The notes beneath the pieces were generated by a model. The model had not been told where the DNA came from. It ran no database searches and was given only the letters and a program-made list of their open reading frames with translations. The translations under genes and the position numbers were made by a program. 64,000 nucleotides of DNA from Anthoceros angustus (lineage: Eukaryota > Plantae > Anthocerotophyta): contig MU008179.1 of the NCBI GenBank assembly GCA_010909165.1, forward strand, positions 1-64,000, read 5' to 3'. Shown piece after piece: positions 11,851 through 24,127 of the stretch. Positions within the stretch are counted from its first letter, which is position 1. Every line of letters begins with the position of its first letter.

Positions 11851-14175
11851 GGTCATTACCCTCCGCACTAGTTACAGTCATCATGTCATGACTATGCGGC
11901 CGTGCGCGGCGGTATCGACATCTGGTGTGATAACTTGTGAGTGGATATGTTGATTAGATAGGATGTGCATGAGCATGGTATGCATGCCACCGTAAGCATG
12001 CACATAAGCATGCACACATAAGCATCTTGATAACCATGTGTGTGAACCTGCGGAGGCCCGTGAACGGCGTAACAGCGGGTGACGGACCCATCTTTGGGCG
12101 AGCGTCCGCGGCGGAATTATGGCGCCATGGGCGATCCTCTTGGGCGTCAAGGCGCGCAGCGTGCCTGATCGGCGGAAGGGGATGAACAGGCAATCGTTTG
12201 TGTGGACTAGCTTTGTGAAGGAGCGTTTAAGTTGGAACATCACCTCTTTATGCATCAAGTTTTGATCATTGGCCCAAGGAGGGTTTGATGTATAGAGGAG
12301 AAACCTGCGGACTTCGTAGTCAAGGTGTGGCTTAGCCATTTGCATCGCAGCGGACGATATGCCGCCGGCTATCCAAGAGCTTTTATCGCCTATTTGCTTG
12401 CGGACGAATTTTGGAGTGGGATGAGCCCACAACCGAGTCCGGTACTTGCCGAACAACAACGTGGGTGAATATTTGCGCACACAATGCATCGACAAAGCGA
12501 CTACGTGAATGGGTTGAATGGACCACGGATGGCGAGTCAAGGCGAGCTTGGCGGTGATGAGGAAGAGGAGCTAATGGCGAGCCGAGAACGGCAGCAGCGA
12601 TTGGGAAAAGCGCAAGTAGATGAGTACTTTGATCACGAAGAGCGAGTGGCGGCTCACGGCCACGGGCGCCTGAGCACGAGCGACCCTCCGAACCCCGGGA
12701 TAGTATGTTTGACGGTTCTGAAGATTTTATGGGATATGAAAATGCCCAAAGTCTTTTGCTTGACGTGACCGCTACTTTGGCGGGGGCCATTGGCGATTCG
12801 AGTTTTGTGGCTTTGATCAATCGTCTTTGTGCAAACACTTAACTTAAGTGCGGTTTATGGTCATTACCCTCCGCACAATTCTGGTCATCACGTGTCATGA
12901 CTATGCGGCCCGTGGCGGCGGTATGTGACATCTGATGTGATAACTTGTGAGTGGATATGTTGATTAGATAGGATGTGCATGAGCATGGTATGCATGCCAC
13001 CCGTGAAGCATGCACATAAGCATGCACACATAAGCATCTTGATAACCATGTGTGTGAACCTGCGGAGGCCCGTGAACGGCGTAACAGCGGGTGACGGACC
13101 CATCTTTGGGCGAGCGTCCGCGGCGGAATTATGGCGCCATGGGCGATCCTCTTGGGCGTCAAGGCGCGCAGCGTGCCTGATCGGCGGAAGGGGATGAGCA
13201 GGCAATCGTTTGTGTGGACTAGCTTTTGAAGGGCGTTTTAGTTGGAACATCACCTCTTTATGCATCAAGTTTTGATCATTGGCCCAAGGAGGGTTTTGAT
13301 GTATAGCAGCGGGGGAAACCTGCGGACTTCAGTCAGGTGTGGCTTAGCCATTTGCATCGCAGCGAGACCGCCGCCGGCTATCCAAGAGCTTTTATCGCCT
13401 ATTTGCTTGCTGCGGACGAATTTTGGAGTGGGATGAGCCCACAACCAGTCTTGGTACTTGCCGAACAACAACGTGGGTGAATATTTGCACGCATGCATCG
13501 ACAAAGCGATTACTACGTGAATGGGTTGAATGGACCACGGATGGCGAGTCAAGGCGAGCTTGGCGGTGATGAGGAAGAGGAGCTAATGGCTCGACATCGA
13601 GCAGGAACGGATTGGGAAAAGCGCAAGTAGATGAGTACTTTGATCACGAAGAGCGGCGGTGGCGGCTCACGGCGGGCGCCTGAGCGCGACCCTCCGAACC
13701 CCGGGATAGTATGTTTGACGGTTCTGAAGATTTTATGGGATATGAAAATGCCCAAAGTCTTTGCTTCAGTGACGGTGACCGCTACTTTGGCGGGGCCATT
13801 GGCGATTCGATTTTGATTTTGTGGCTTTGATCAATCACGTCTTTGTGCAAACACTTAACTTAAGTGCGGTTTATGGTCATTACCCTCCGCACTAGTTACA
13901 GTCATCACCGTGTCTCGACTATGCGGCCCGTGGCGGCGGTATCGCGACATCTGATGTGATGACTTGTGAGTGGATATGTTGATTAGATAGGATGTGCATG
14001 AGCATGGCATGCATGCCCACCGTAAGCATGCACACATAAGCATCTTGATAACCATGTGTGAACCTGCGGAGGCCCGTGAACGCGTAAACGGGTGCGGACC
14101 CATCTTTGGGCGAGCGTCAGGCGGAATTATGGCGCCATGGGATCCTCTTGGGCGTCAAGCGCCGCATCTCGGCGG
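11166..14175 (+). repeat. Tandem triplication of a ~1.0 kb unit (end of extra ORF plus first ~250 bp of LTR)
   Basis: The motif 'gaaggggatga.caggcaatcgtttgtgtggactag' recurs at ~11170, ~12175 and ~13187. Copies differ mainly by indels. Confidence 0.9.
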
Positions 14176-14360
14176 AAGGCGCGCCAAGCATTTAAGCGAT
14201 AAAGTAGGTTTCAATCTGCGGTGCAAGCGGATTGCGATGTTTGTTCTTACAGAAGCCATACGAATCCCAATGAAGAAGGGTGCGGAGTTCCTTTGACAAT
14301 CACGGCTTTGGGAGGTGCGGGTGGATGGGCTTGGACCCGATTGAAGGACGAATTTTGCCA
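13945..14360 (+). repeat. 3' LTR
   Basis: Matches 3542-3983. Preceded by a G-rich 'gtggcggcggta' tract (possible degenerate PPT). Confidence 0.78.
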
Positions 14361-15438
14361 TTGGCGCTCGAGTTAGCGATCTGGATTTTGTGGCTTTGAT
14401 CAATGCGTCTTTGTGCAAACACTTAACTTCGGCTTATGGTCATTACCCTCCGCACTAGTTACAGGTCATCACCGTGTCTCGACTATGCGGCCGTGCCGAC
14501 ACGCGGCGTCGTCCAATAACCCGTCCTCACCGTAGTCGAGTCCCGCCACTGACCGTAGGCCCGTCGACTGGGCCTCGCCCGGTGGGACGCTAAGGCTTGT
14601 CGACCAGAAAGCCGCCCCACAGATGCAGGAGGTCGCTACGCCTTGATGAGCCCGGAGCCCACGACGGACCCGGGCCTCATTGCCACGCCGTCGTCCTCGG
14701 CAGGGCTTGCGCGCCCCGCCGAGTACGGGGCCTCCACGCCATGCCCCGTACTCGGGGGCCTATAAGGACAGGGCAAGGCCAGCCCCTGCAGCCGTGCCTG
14801 GCCATGGCAGCCCCACCGGACGCCATTGAGGGTGACCACCATGCACCCCTCAGCCACGACCGTCCTAACCAATGGCTAGGAGCCCTTGCAATGGCTATTC
14901 TCTGTTTAGACATGGTCAAATGTAGATCACCGTATCTTGAAGCATCATTGCCATCATATCAATGCCCCGGTAAAAAATACTTAGAAGGTTCCGTAGACAT
15001 ACCTATCTCACAAAAACTCATTTGTTAGAGCCAAAAAAAAGTGAAAAACAACAATTCAATTCAAGGAGAAACGTAGTGAGTACGAAGACCCCAAGGGTCA
15101 TAGCAAGAGAGAGCAGCTAAGCACTTTTGAAATGATAGTCATGAGAGAGAATCACTATACACCAATGACCACAACCCAAACCCTTGCATTCACTATAGAA
15201 GTATGACAATGAGATACTTAGGAAGTTCAACGCATCAATTTGACAAGAAAATCTAGGATGTTTTGCAATGCATCGCTTCCATGAGAAAATCTAGGCACAT
15301 CTATTTCACAAAACACAATTGCTATTATAAGCAAGCAAGGACAAAATCCTTAGAGCTAGGGGGCATCCATGATAGACCGATGTGCATGATATCCCATCAT
15401 CATACATCGTTGGGTTGCATTCACGATAGAAGTACTAG

Positions 15439-15626
15439 GATAAAATAGCTTGTGCATAAAATCTACATTTTTCATAGCTATGATAGCTTCTCATACCAAG
15501 ATGCCTAGTTTTGCAAAAGGATCGCATATGAGATAAAATAGCTTGTGCATAAAATCTACATTTTTCATAGCTATGATAGCTTCTCATACCAAGATGCCTA
15601 GTTTTGCAAAAGGATCGCATATGAGA
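15439..15626. repeat. 93-bp direct tandem duplication
   Basis: 'gataaaatagcttgtgcataaaatctaca...gatcgcatatgaga' starts at 15439 and again at 15532. Confidence 0.95.
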
Positions 15627-16788
15627 CAGTTATGGTCTATTCTCAACTGTCATCCTCAAGCTACTTGCACTATTCTTAGCTGTTATCCTCAAGGTGCTTG
15701 TATTATTGATGTCGTTTCAAAAAAAGCCTTTTCCTTCTAACAAGACCAACATATCTATTATTAAATGATATGTAATAATATTAATAATTTATTAAAATAT
15801 CTAAATTTTCTTTTCAAATTTTTAACTTTTAACTCTTGCTTACGCTTTCACCACAACCTCCATTATAATTTTTAAGATATCCTTGGATCCAGACTAAATT
15901 TACGTTATCCATAACTTTTCAAACAAACCGTGGCCAAAACGTCGCCCAACCTGGTGAAGCAAGCCAAACGATTACGATTATAAAACATAAGTAACGGTGG
16001 ATAATGTTATCGTAATCATACTCTTCGTCATCGTACATATGTACTCATGTACCTGGCGGGCTGGCACCATTCATAAGCGGGACTACAAAGCTCTATGGGC
16101 TTCAAGGCTGTGTGTCCTCGAAGTATGAGCCATCGACTTTGTGGTGGCCAGAGAGGGAGAGTTTGGTTTAGGGAATGCTGAGCTTCAAAGTATGCTAGTG
16201 CGAAGCTTCATAGCAGGGGTAGGCATCTCCCTCAGCACATACAGCGAGCAGTGCTTCCCTCATCCACGGGAAAGGCCGCCTTTCGGAAATCGAAGCCGTG
16301 TTCTCGCCATTAAAATTTCCGTGTCCTAAACCCTCAGAACGAAAGGGACGACATGGCGTTTGAGAAGACGGAGGGAACGGAAACCTGGCTCGACCATGCG
16401 CACAGCAATCGAGGGAACATGGTTCAAAGCCAGCTTCTTCCAGCGTGTAGACTAGCTCGTTCCATGCCATGCGCTACGTCTTTCCCGAAGGCAATACTCA
16501 AAACCAATAGAAACTACCCACCCACACCGTGAGCACCTGGGGGATTTTTGGCCGCAGATGTACTGTATGTAATGCTTTTAGTCAGAATAGCAGTTCTAAT
16601 AGGTACATTCATATGTAATCGTTTCCAACAGAATGGCAACAATTCCCCCCTATGCTTAGGATACCTTCACTTAGGATACCTCCACCTGCTGCTGCCTGCA
16701 CGCGCTTCACAAGCAATCAAGAAGGAAGAAGGAAGGGGTGCGGCGCCGGCCACGCGACATCGCAGGCTTTTGTGGCAATACCGTAGAA

Positions 16789-19700
16789 ATGGAGGGAGAG
16801 GTGTCCAGGAAGGCCTCAGGCGCTGGGTTAATTGAAGAAGACAGGGGGCCACCCGAGACAGCTGCTGCGCCATTCCAAAAACAAGTTACGGTAAGAGGAC
16901 CCCAGCCAGCCAGGTTAACACCTTCTGCTGTGCTGAGGTGAGAGGGAGCTCGTCGTGATAATTGGGGTATGCGCGTGCGCTCTTGACGGGCACTCCAGGA
17001 TCCGCCAACGGGTTGTTCTCGTTTCCGAAAAAGCCATGCAGCTCAAGCACTTTCTCAAATGCTTCTGTAACGGACGCGTCCGCAGGCAGGGCATTCTAGG
17101 TTCATTCATTCGCAAATTTGGTATTATCTCGTCTTGCTGCTGGCCGACATGTGTGTGTATAGGTCCCTTTTCCTTCTGCTTCGTGTTGGGCTCCACCGCT
17201 TTCCCCTGCCTCCTGAGCCAGCTTTCCTTTCACTGACTGTGCTTTCAGCGGCCTTCTCGCGAGGATGAAAGGAGGCCTGAGAAGATGAGAGAAGATGGCG
17301 GCAGATACAGAGACAGCCGCAGAAGGGATGACCGGGATCGGGATCGAGACAGATTTGAAAGGGAACGACGTATACGGGACGAGGGTGATAGAGGAGATAG
17401 AGGGGACAGGGGAGACAGGGGTGACAGAAGCGATCGAGATAGGTCAGTTCATTTTCTTTTGTCTTGGTGATTGTTTTGTCCATGCTTCTTAATTCTGCAG
17501 GCATCATTTTATGAGTGTCGCCCCTTGGCTTCTGCTCAGGGCATGTGCTTTGTCCGTTTTGCATGGCTGTATATCGCAGAACTTGTAGTTTGTGGGGTTG
17601 TGAGGAGTAACACTCTGGTGGATGTTCAATTTGGTTATCTGCTGTGCCTTGGTCTCTGATAGATTGACTGTTTCATTACTGCAGGCGACATGAGCATGAC
17701 CGTGATAGAGAACGTAGACACAGACATCGGTCACGATCTCGGTCACGTGGTCGATCGCGAGATCGGCGTTCAAACTCTAGATCAGGCTCAAGAGATCGAA
17801 AAAGGTATGACTTATGAGAACGAATTTCTACTAGTCATGCAGACAGCTCCTGCTGGCGTCCTTCTGCTAACTGTGACCAGGGATTGACTTTACAGCAAGC
17901 GGACTAGTGGGTTTGACATGGCGCCACCTGGTGCTGCTGTTGTCACAGCTGCTGCTATGACAGGTGTGCTACTACCTGAAACCTGTTTTACTGAGTCAAT
18001 AGGCAGAGTCACAGGGTGTTTTCATTGATGACAAGCTGCACCTAGATACCAGCATCTTGTAAGGACATTTGGATGTGAAATTAGTGTAGGATGTTAGCAT
18101 GTAGTATGTGTTGTTATGCCACACTATAGATGCTTCTAAACTTGATTTTCTTCTTGGAGTAGAGTCGTTTGTCTCTCTCTTGAGCATTTCAATTATCATG
18201 AGCGGACACTGAGGGGTACTGTTTGCTGGTTCCTTGTCGTCTCTGGATGGTTCGTGTTTGTTGTTTCCTTGTTTGCTTGCTCCACGTTGCGGATGGCATC
18301 ACGAACCTGGTAGCCCTTTGTTCCTCTCAACAACATTTCCTGGAAGGCTATTTGCAAATGGAGGAGAGTTTGGTGCTGCCTCTTTAGTGCATCGAATGAA
18401 CACCTCTATCTACCTTCTATGGTCCTGGCCACTGTCACCCATTCTCTTCCAATCAGGCGGAATTTTGCTTTCCGAACTGCATCAAGTGGTGTATTGTATA
18501 CATAGGGCATCCACTGTTGGATGCTGCGTCCGTTCTTAGGGCTTCCCAGGAACCTGTTAGTGCAGCAAGAGGGCTTCTACCACAGACAGTGGCTGACCAT
18601 GCATGAGAATAGGTGCAATACTCAACTCACAAACAGGGGTGCTATCATCAGCAGCTGCAGGTCCAGGGGCTGGTTTATCTCCCTTAGGTAGGTAACTTTT
18701 AAGAAAAAGCCATGGCCTTTAATGTCTGGTTTCACTTTTTGAGCAGTGCTGCACTCTCTTAGGAACAGCAAGGCGGTGTGGATTTTGAGACTGATCTGTT
18801 GGTTTGATTTTCCACTGGGGTGCACTTATGCAACTTATCTATTTTATTATTGTTGTAGGTCAGATATCTGGGATGGGACAGACTCTTTCTGGTGTTTTCA
18901 CATCGATGTTTCCATTTGCTGGTGGAACACAGGTATGCTGTGAACAAGCCTTCTTTAATGCTCCAAGACTAAGCTTAGATTCTATGGACCATGATCAAAT
19001 TGCCAGCTCTCCCGATTTTTCTTTGGTTGCACTATGTGCTTGCTCTGTTCTCACGAACGTTTTTGCAACCTTGAAATTTCGTTGAATTGCAGGCAACAAG
19101 ACATGCTCGTAGGGTTTATGTCGGAGGGCTTCCTCCTATGGCAAATGAGCAGGTGAAATTTCTGGTTCTGTTTGGACAAGTTCTTACTTTTGAAAGCATT
19201 TGTTGATTCATTCACGCATTGTCCATATTTTCTACTTTTCTGTTCCTGGGCAGTTTTTGGCTTTCTAAACACAACCCACTTGCCGAGTTCACTCAGACTG
19301 GGCCGGTTTTTTGAACAGAGTGTTGCGACATTCTTTAGCCAGGTAATGGCTGCCGTTGGAGGTAACACTGCTGGGCCAGGTACTTATGTGAATTTCTTGT
19401 TAGATATCTCACTCGTGATGTGCTAAAGTTTGTCATGGGTAACTATTGTTCACTATGAATTAAAAGGAGGAAATTGGCCACTGCAGGCGATGCTGTTGTC
19501 AATGTTTACATCAATCAGGAGAAGAGGTTTGCATTCGTAGAGATGCGAACTGTGGAGGAGGCAAGCAATGCCATGGCTCTTGATGGTATCATCTATGAGG
19601 TGATTCTCCTTGTGAAAGGCTTGAAATATATGCATTTTGCTCAGGCCCATGTTCATATGGCTGGAATCTTTCAGGGAGTATCAGTGCGTGTCAGGAGACC

Positions 19701-21291
19701 AAGTGACTACAATCCATCCATGGCAGCCACTCTAGGACCCAGCCAGCCAAGCCCCAATTTAAATCTTGCTGCTGTTGGGCTGACTCCAGGGTGAGTAACC
19801 ATCTTGGGCTTTCAGTTATGTACCGATTTCTTGGGTTTTCCAGATCCTCACAGCTTTAACGGCCTATCATCAGGGCTTCTGGAGGAGCAGATGGCCCCGA
19901 TCGAATATTTGTAGGGGGTTTACCATATTACCTTAGTGAAGAGCAAATCATGGATCTTCTTTCCTCGTTTGGGTATTTGTCTAGACCAATTGTAGTAGGT
20001 GTCCCACGTTATCCCACTTGTAGTAGGTGTTTGTATGACTGCGGTCACAGCTGATTGAGTGTGGTTGGTGTGCAGGCCACTCCGCGCCTTTGACCTTGTA
20101 AAGGACCGGGACACTGGTAACTCAAAGGGATACGGGTTTTGTGTGTATCAGGTTCGCCATCATGGTCACAGCTTTGTTGGGCAGACAAATGACACAGCAG
20201 CATTTTTTAACTCTGCGTGTTGCAGGACCTCTCTGTCGCCGATATCGCTTGTGCAGCCCTCAATGGCATGAAGATGGGTGACAAGACGCTGACTGTGAGG
20301 CGTGCAACTGCCAGGTTGGCAGGCACAGTTCTTCTGGCAAGTGATGCTAACTAAGATAAACTCCAATTTCTGACACGGGAGGTTTTCATGTTCTAAACTT
20401 GCAGTGGTCAACCAAAGCCTGATCAAACAAATGTTCTTGTCCAAGCACAACAGCAAATTGCCTTGCAGGTATGGGCTGATTTACTGTTTTATATTGGTTC
20501 AGTGGTGTGCTTGAGGTGAGGAATAATTGTGACGATGCTTGTGACCTCTCCAGAAGCTTGCCCTTCAAGCAAGTGGTGCAAATGCTGTGAGTCTTGGACC
20601 AGGAACGATGTCAAGTTTGCCTGGAGGGATGATGCCAGGCATGATCTCGGGGATGACCTTGTTGACCACCAACGAGGTGCCAACTAGAGTTGTCTGTCTA
20701 TCTCAGGTATGCTCATGCTAGCATTGCAGTAAGTGTAGACCGGCAAGAGATTGAGTGCCGTGATTTGTGTGTTGACATATTCCACGTGTTTCTGGATCTG
20801 ACTTTTCACAACGTGGATTGGCACCTCACAAGGTTGTGTCTGCGGATGAATTGAGGGACGACAGTGAGTATGACGAAATAGTTGAGGATATGAGGGACGA
20901 ATGTGGCAAATACGGTAAATGCTTACTCGACTTGATAGGCTGTTGTGTCTGAGCACTTGGAATTCTGTTTTCTCAAATCTGACTTTTGCACGCTGTCAGG
21001 AACAATAACAAACTTGGTTATACCCAGACCGAACGATTCTGGCGAGGAGGTTCCCGGTGTGGGAATGGTGAGTATCATTGGATTCCTCTGTCTGGATTCC
21101 TCTGTCTGAAGAGCCTGCGGGTGGAACGTTTTCTCATCAGGTGTTTGCTGCAGGTGTTTGTAGAATACGTCGACACTCAAGGGGCTGCCAAGGCCAAGTC
21201 CACCTTGCATGGTCGGAAGTTCGGTGGCAACAGCGTCATCGCCTCCTATTATGCGGAGGACAAATTTACACATGGCGATTTTGGTGGATAA
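16789..21291 (+). CDS. U2AF65: Splicing factor U2AF large subunit (RS domain, RRM1, RRM2, UHM), 17 coding exons
   Basis: GT-AG exons 16789-16890, 17249-17442, 17685-17804, 17896-17963, 18859-18932, 19093-19152, 19319-19379, 19487-19599, 19675-19790, 19874-19972, 20076-20151, 20226-20314, 20405-20468, 20553-~20705, 20833-20914, 21000-21067, 21154-21291. Motifs SGFDMAPP, ATRHARRVYVGGLP, DRIFVGGLPY, KGYGFCVY, LHGRKFGG. Confidence 0.96.
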
Positions 21292-21699
21292 TACCTCCTA
21301 GAAACGCTACCTGCAATGTGAGCGTTACGACCTTACGAAGTATGTGAAGGTTTCACGAGGGAACCCGGATTGTTCCAGACCGCAGTGCGTGAGCCCCCTT
21401 GCTGAGATGTCCCTCCCGCTATTCCACCACACTGACGATACGAACGAGTTACAAGCAAACCACTACTACTAACCCCCCACCACGAAGGCCATTAGAGCTT
21501 TCCAAAGCAAAGCGACTGTGTGTCGGTTTGTCTCAAAACAGTGGGGATGCTAGATAGCTGAATGCCTTGCTTTGTTTGGCTCAGTTCACACGTCTTCCTT
21601 CATAAGAGCTAGCAAGAGCCCTGGCTCCTCTAAAGCCGCAGCTACCAAGGAAACCACTACTGTGAGGTCCGGAAACTATTTCCATACACCTGTTTGCTG

Positions 21700-22390
21700 T
21701 TGGCAGATCCACCAGATCTGCAGGAGGACGCATTATTGAATGTTCAGGTAGCTTCTGTTCCCAGCCTGGTGAGCGTTTTGCTTTCTCACGCACGTTCTGG
21801 CAGACAGGAGGAACAGGTCAGACTGGAGACAATCATGTAACCGATACAGTTGGTGACCACTTGCTCTGTCACTGCCCAGACATTACCCAGATTCCCAAAC
21901 CATGTTAATCTAACAAAGACCAATAAGAAAATACAGGACCGAACTATGATTATTGCGATCAGAAAGCACACGTATGCCATGAGGAACGCCATCCACCAGC
22001 AAAGGTGGTCACGAAATCCACCGTTCTCGGATCCTCGACTTCAGCAATGAGAATACTACGTGTGGCAGGAAGTGGGGAATGAATGAGGCCCGCTGCAGAG
22101 CACATTGCTCTGTTTCTAGTGCAGGAGTGCAAAACGAGTGCAAGCCCCTTTGCAAGCTGTGTTCGAGCAGACATGCCAACTCCAGGGTCTCTCTTTATCT
22201 TTCTTACTGGGAAGCCAAGCAATGGCAGCTCCAGCACTAAGCATTATCTTGGGGATTATACCCCCACCTTTGACGACCAGGTCGTCAGTACCAGCCATTT
22301 TAGCCAAGAGCACATCCACCACAAGCCTTGCAACATCTGCAGACGACTCCTCAATATCACACACTCCACCATCTGGAGCCTTCCTAATCG
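21700..22390 (-). pseudogene. Internal fragment resembling plant BEACH-domain protein group C (BchC) N-terminal region
   Basis: Frameshifted peptides VVDVLLAKMAG..PKIMLSAGAAIAWLP and MSARTQLAKGLALVLHSCTRNRAMCSAAGL recall the BchC motif 'CTRNRAMCS.AGL' (recognised from memory). No start or remainder of the gene is present. Confidence 0.6.
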
Positions 22391-22429
22391 ACTTCGACTC
22401 CTGGACGTGTCCGCCAAGGCCAAGGGACT

Positions 22430-22930
22430 CGACTCAAGGGGCTGCTAAGGCCAAGTCCACCTTGCAGCTCGGAAGTCCGGTGGCAAGGGCGTCATCGACT
22501 CCTATCATGCGGAGGACAGATTTACACACGGCGATTTGTTGGGCAATACCTCCTAGTAGCGCTACCGTAAGTGTCGGCGTTACAACCTTAAGAAGAATGT
22601 GAAGGTTTCACGAGGGAACCCGCATTTTTCCAGAGCCACAAGTGCGTGAGCCCCTTTGCCGGAAGGTCCCTTCCACTATTCCACCGCTACTGACGATAGG
22701 AACGAGTTACAAGCAAACAGTTTCTACTAACTCCCCACCATTCAGGATATACAAGCTTCTCCACAACAGCAACCCCTGTTTGGTTGGTTTGTCCCAAAAC
22801 AGTTCACCATATGATGCTCGATAGTTGACCGCCTACCTTGGTTGGCTCAGTACACAAGTCTACCTACAACAGCTAGCAAGAGCCTTTGCTCCTCTAAAGC
22901 CGCAAATACCAAGGAGCCCACAACTGTAAA
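22430..22930 (+). pseudogene. Degenerate duplicate of U2AF65 last exon and 3' UTR
   Basis: 'actcaaggggctgctaaggccaagtccaccttgca' through 'ctctaaagccgca..taccaagga' matches 21175-21660 with substitutions and frameshifts. Confidence 0.92.
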
Positions 22931-23092
22931 CACCCGTTTGAACGAGAGATTCAGAGCACGCTTCGTATCAGAAAGGTGCATAAGGAAGCAACACGCTCAA
23001 AGCTAGGGACAGAAGCTACCTGAACAACAGCGCTGATTGCCACATCCTGGGCACAGGCCTATTCATTGGGGCCAAGTTGGCTTCGATGGGTT

Positions 23093-24127
23093 TCATTTTT
23101 GCATGGATATTGAGTAGGAGCCAGTGGCAGGATCCTTGACGGCCTTGAAGTTATCCAGACTCATTCCAAAATACCCCAGCACAGAGTTTCCCACTTCTTT
23201 CAGCTTTCCTGCGCACATACATTTGGAGAGATCTGAGTCAGTAGAAAGGAGCTCATGAAAATGAAAGGGCAAGAGAGAACCGAAAGGCAGCTTGCCAGTA
23301 AAAAGTGTTGTTCCACAGACAGCTCACCAATCATCTCCTCCTTGACCTCTTCCCGTTTTGCCTCAGCCAGTGGTGTAAGACGTCTGATTGATTCAGCGGC
23401 TTGCTTATTACCCGGCTCCAACTCCTGAATCTTTTTCATATCTGCACTGGAGTAAATCAAGTAAAAAAGGAATCTGCAGCACAATGCATGCACTTCATCT
23501 CGAGGAATACCAAACACATCGAGGAGTTGAATCTAGCTCCCGGATTACCTCCAATAGCCTCGTCAAACCGCTGAAGCTTTTCATATGCCTGAGCTCGTCG
23601 TATCAACGCTTTCAGATACGACGGGTTGAGGTCCAGTGCTTTCGTGCTCTCTGTCACGGCCCCCTCATACTGGTTCTGCAGACATTCACACCACAAGGGT
23701 CGTCACTTCAACAAATTACGAGCCCTAGAACGGAGCACAAAATGCGGTGATGAACAGGCTGGTTTACCAATTGAAGAAAGCATATGGCTCTATTGCTATG
23801 GCACATAGCCCGCAATTCTCTCCAATCTGGGTCCTCGGACGTGAATCCCATGGCAGTGGCATAGCACTCCAAGGCCTCCTCATACTTCCCCTCACCGTAG
23901 AAGATATTTCCCTGCGCTTTAGCTGTGTTCGCCTGGGCCAGAGCATCCTCAGCTGCCGGATCCTGCAAAAGCACTGGGGTTTGGCGTCTCGTTTGACAAT
24001 TGCAGCGCAAAAACCACTCTTCCTCTTCATCGTCTTGCCCTGTCGTGAAAAACCTATCCTCGGCACGAAGGGGACACATGCTAGCTAGGAAATGCTGGGC
24101 CACCGCGCGGAAGTAGCTTACCTCCAT
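23093..24127 (-). CDS. TTC1: Tetratricopeptide repeat protein, TTC1-like
   Basis: Exons 24127-24122 (start uncertain), 23962-23768, 23675-23549, 23441-23328, 23208-23093. TPR motifs AKAQGN..YEEALECY, CHSNRAICF, KALDLNPSYLKALIRRAQAYE. TTC1-type tail KLKEVGNSVLGYFGMSLDNFKAVKDPATGSYSI. Confidence 0.88.

Larger units (their letters stand above)
3536..14360 (+). mobile_element. Ty3/Gypsy LTR retrotransposon encoding gag-PR-DNMT-RT-RH-INT-PHD plus an extra 3' ORF
   Basis: Direct terminal repeats at ~3536-3983 and ~13945-14360. Gypsy domain order PR-RT-RH-INT, with motifs DTGAD, YIDD, RNase H and HHCC integrase read across frameshifts. Confidence 0.93.

Noticed and set aside
11253-12540. Long minus-strand ORFs (194 and 219 aa) as a TET or 2OG-dioxygenase partner for the DNMT
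   Set aside because: Only a lone HKD tripeptide, with no supporting fold pattern. The ORFs cross repeat junctions and are antisense to the likelier sense ORF.
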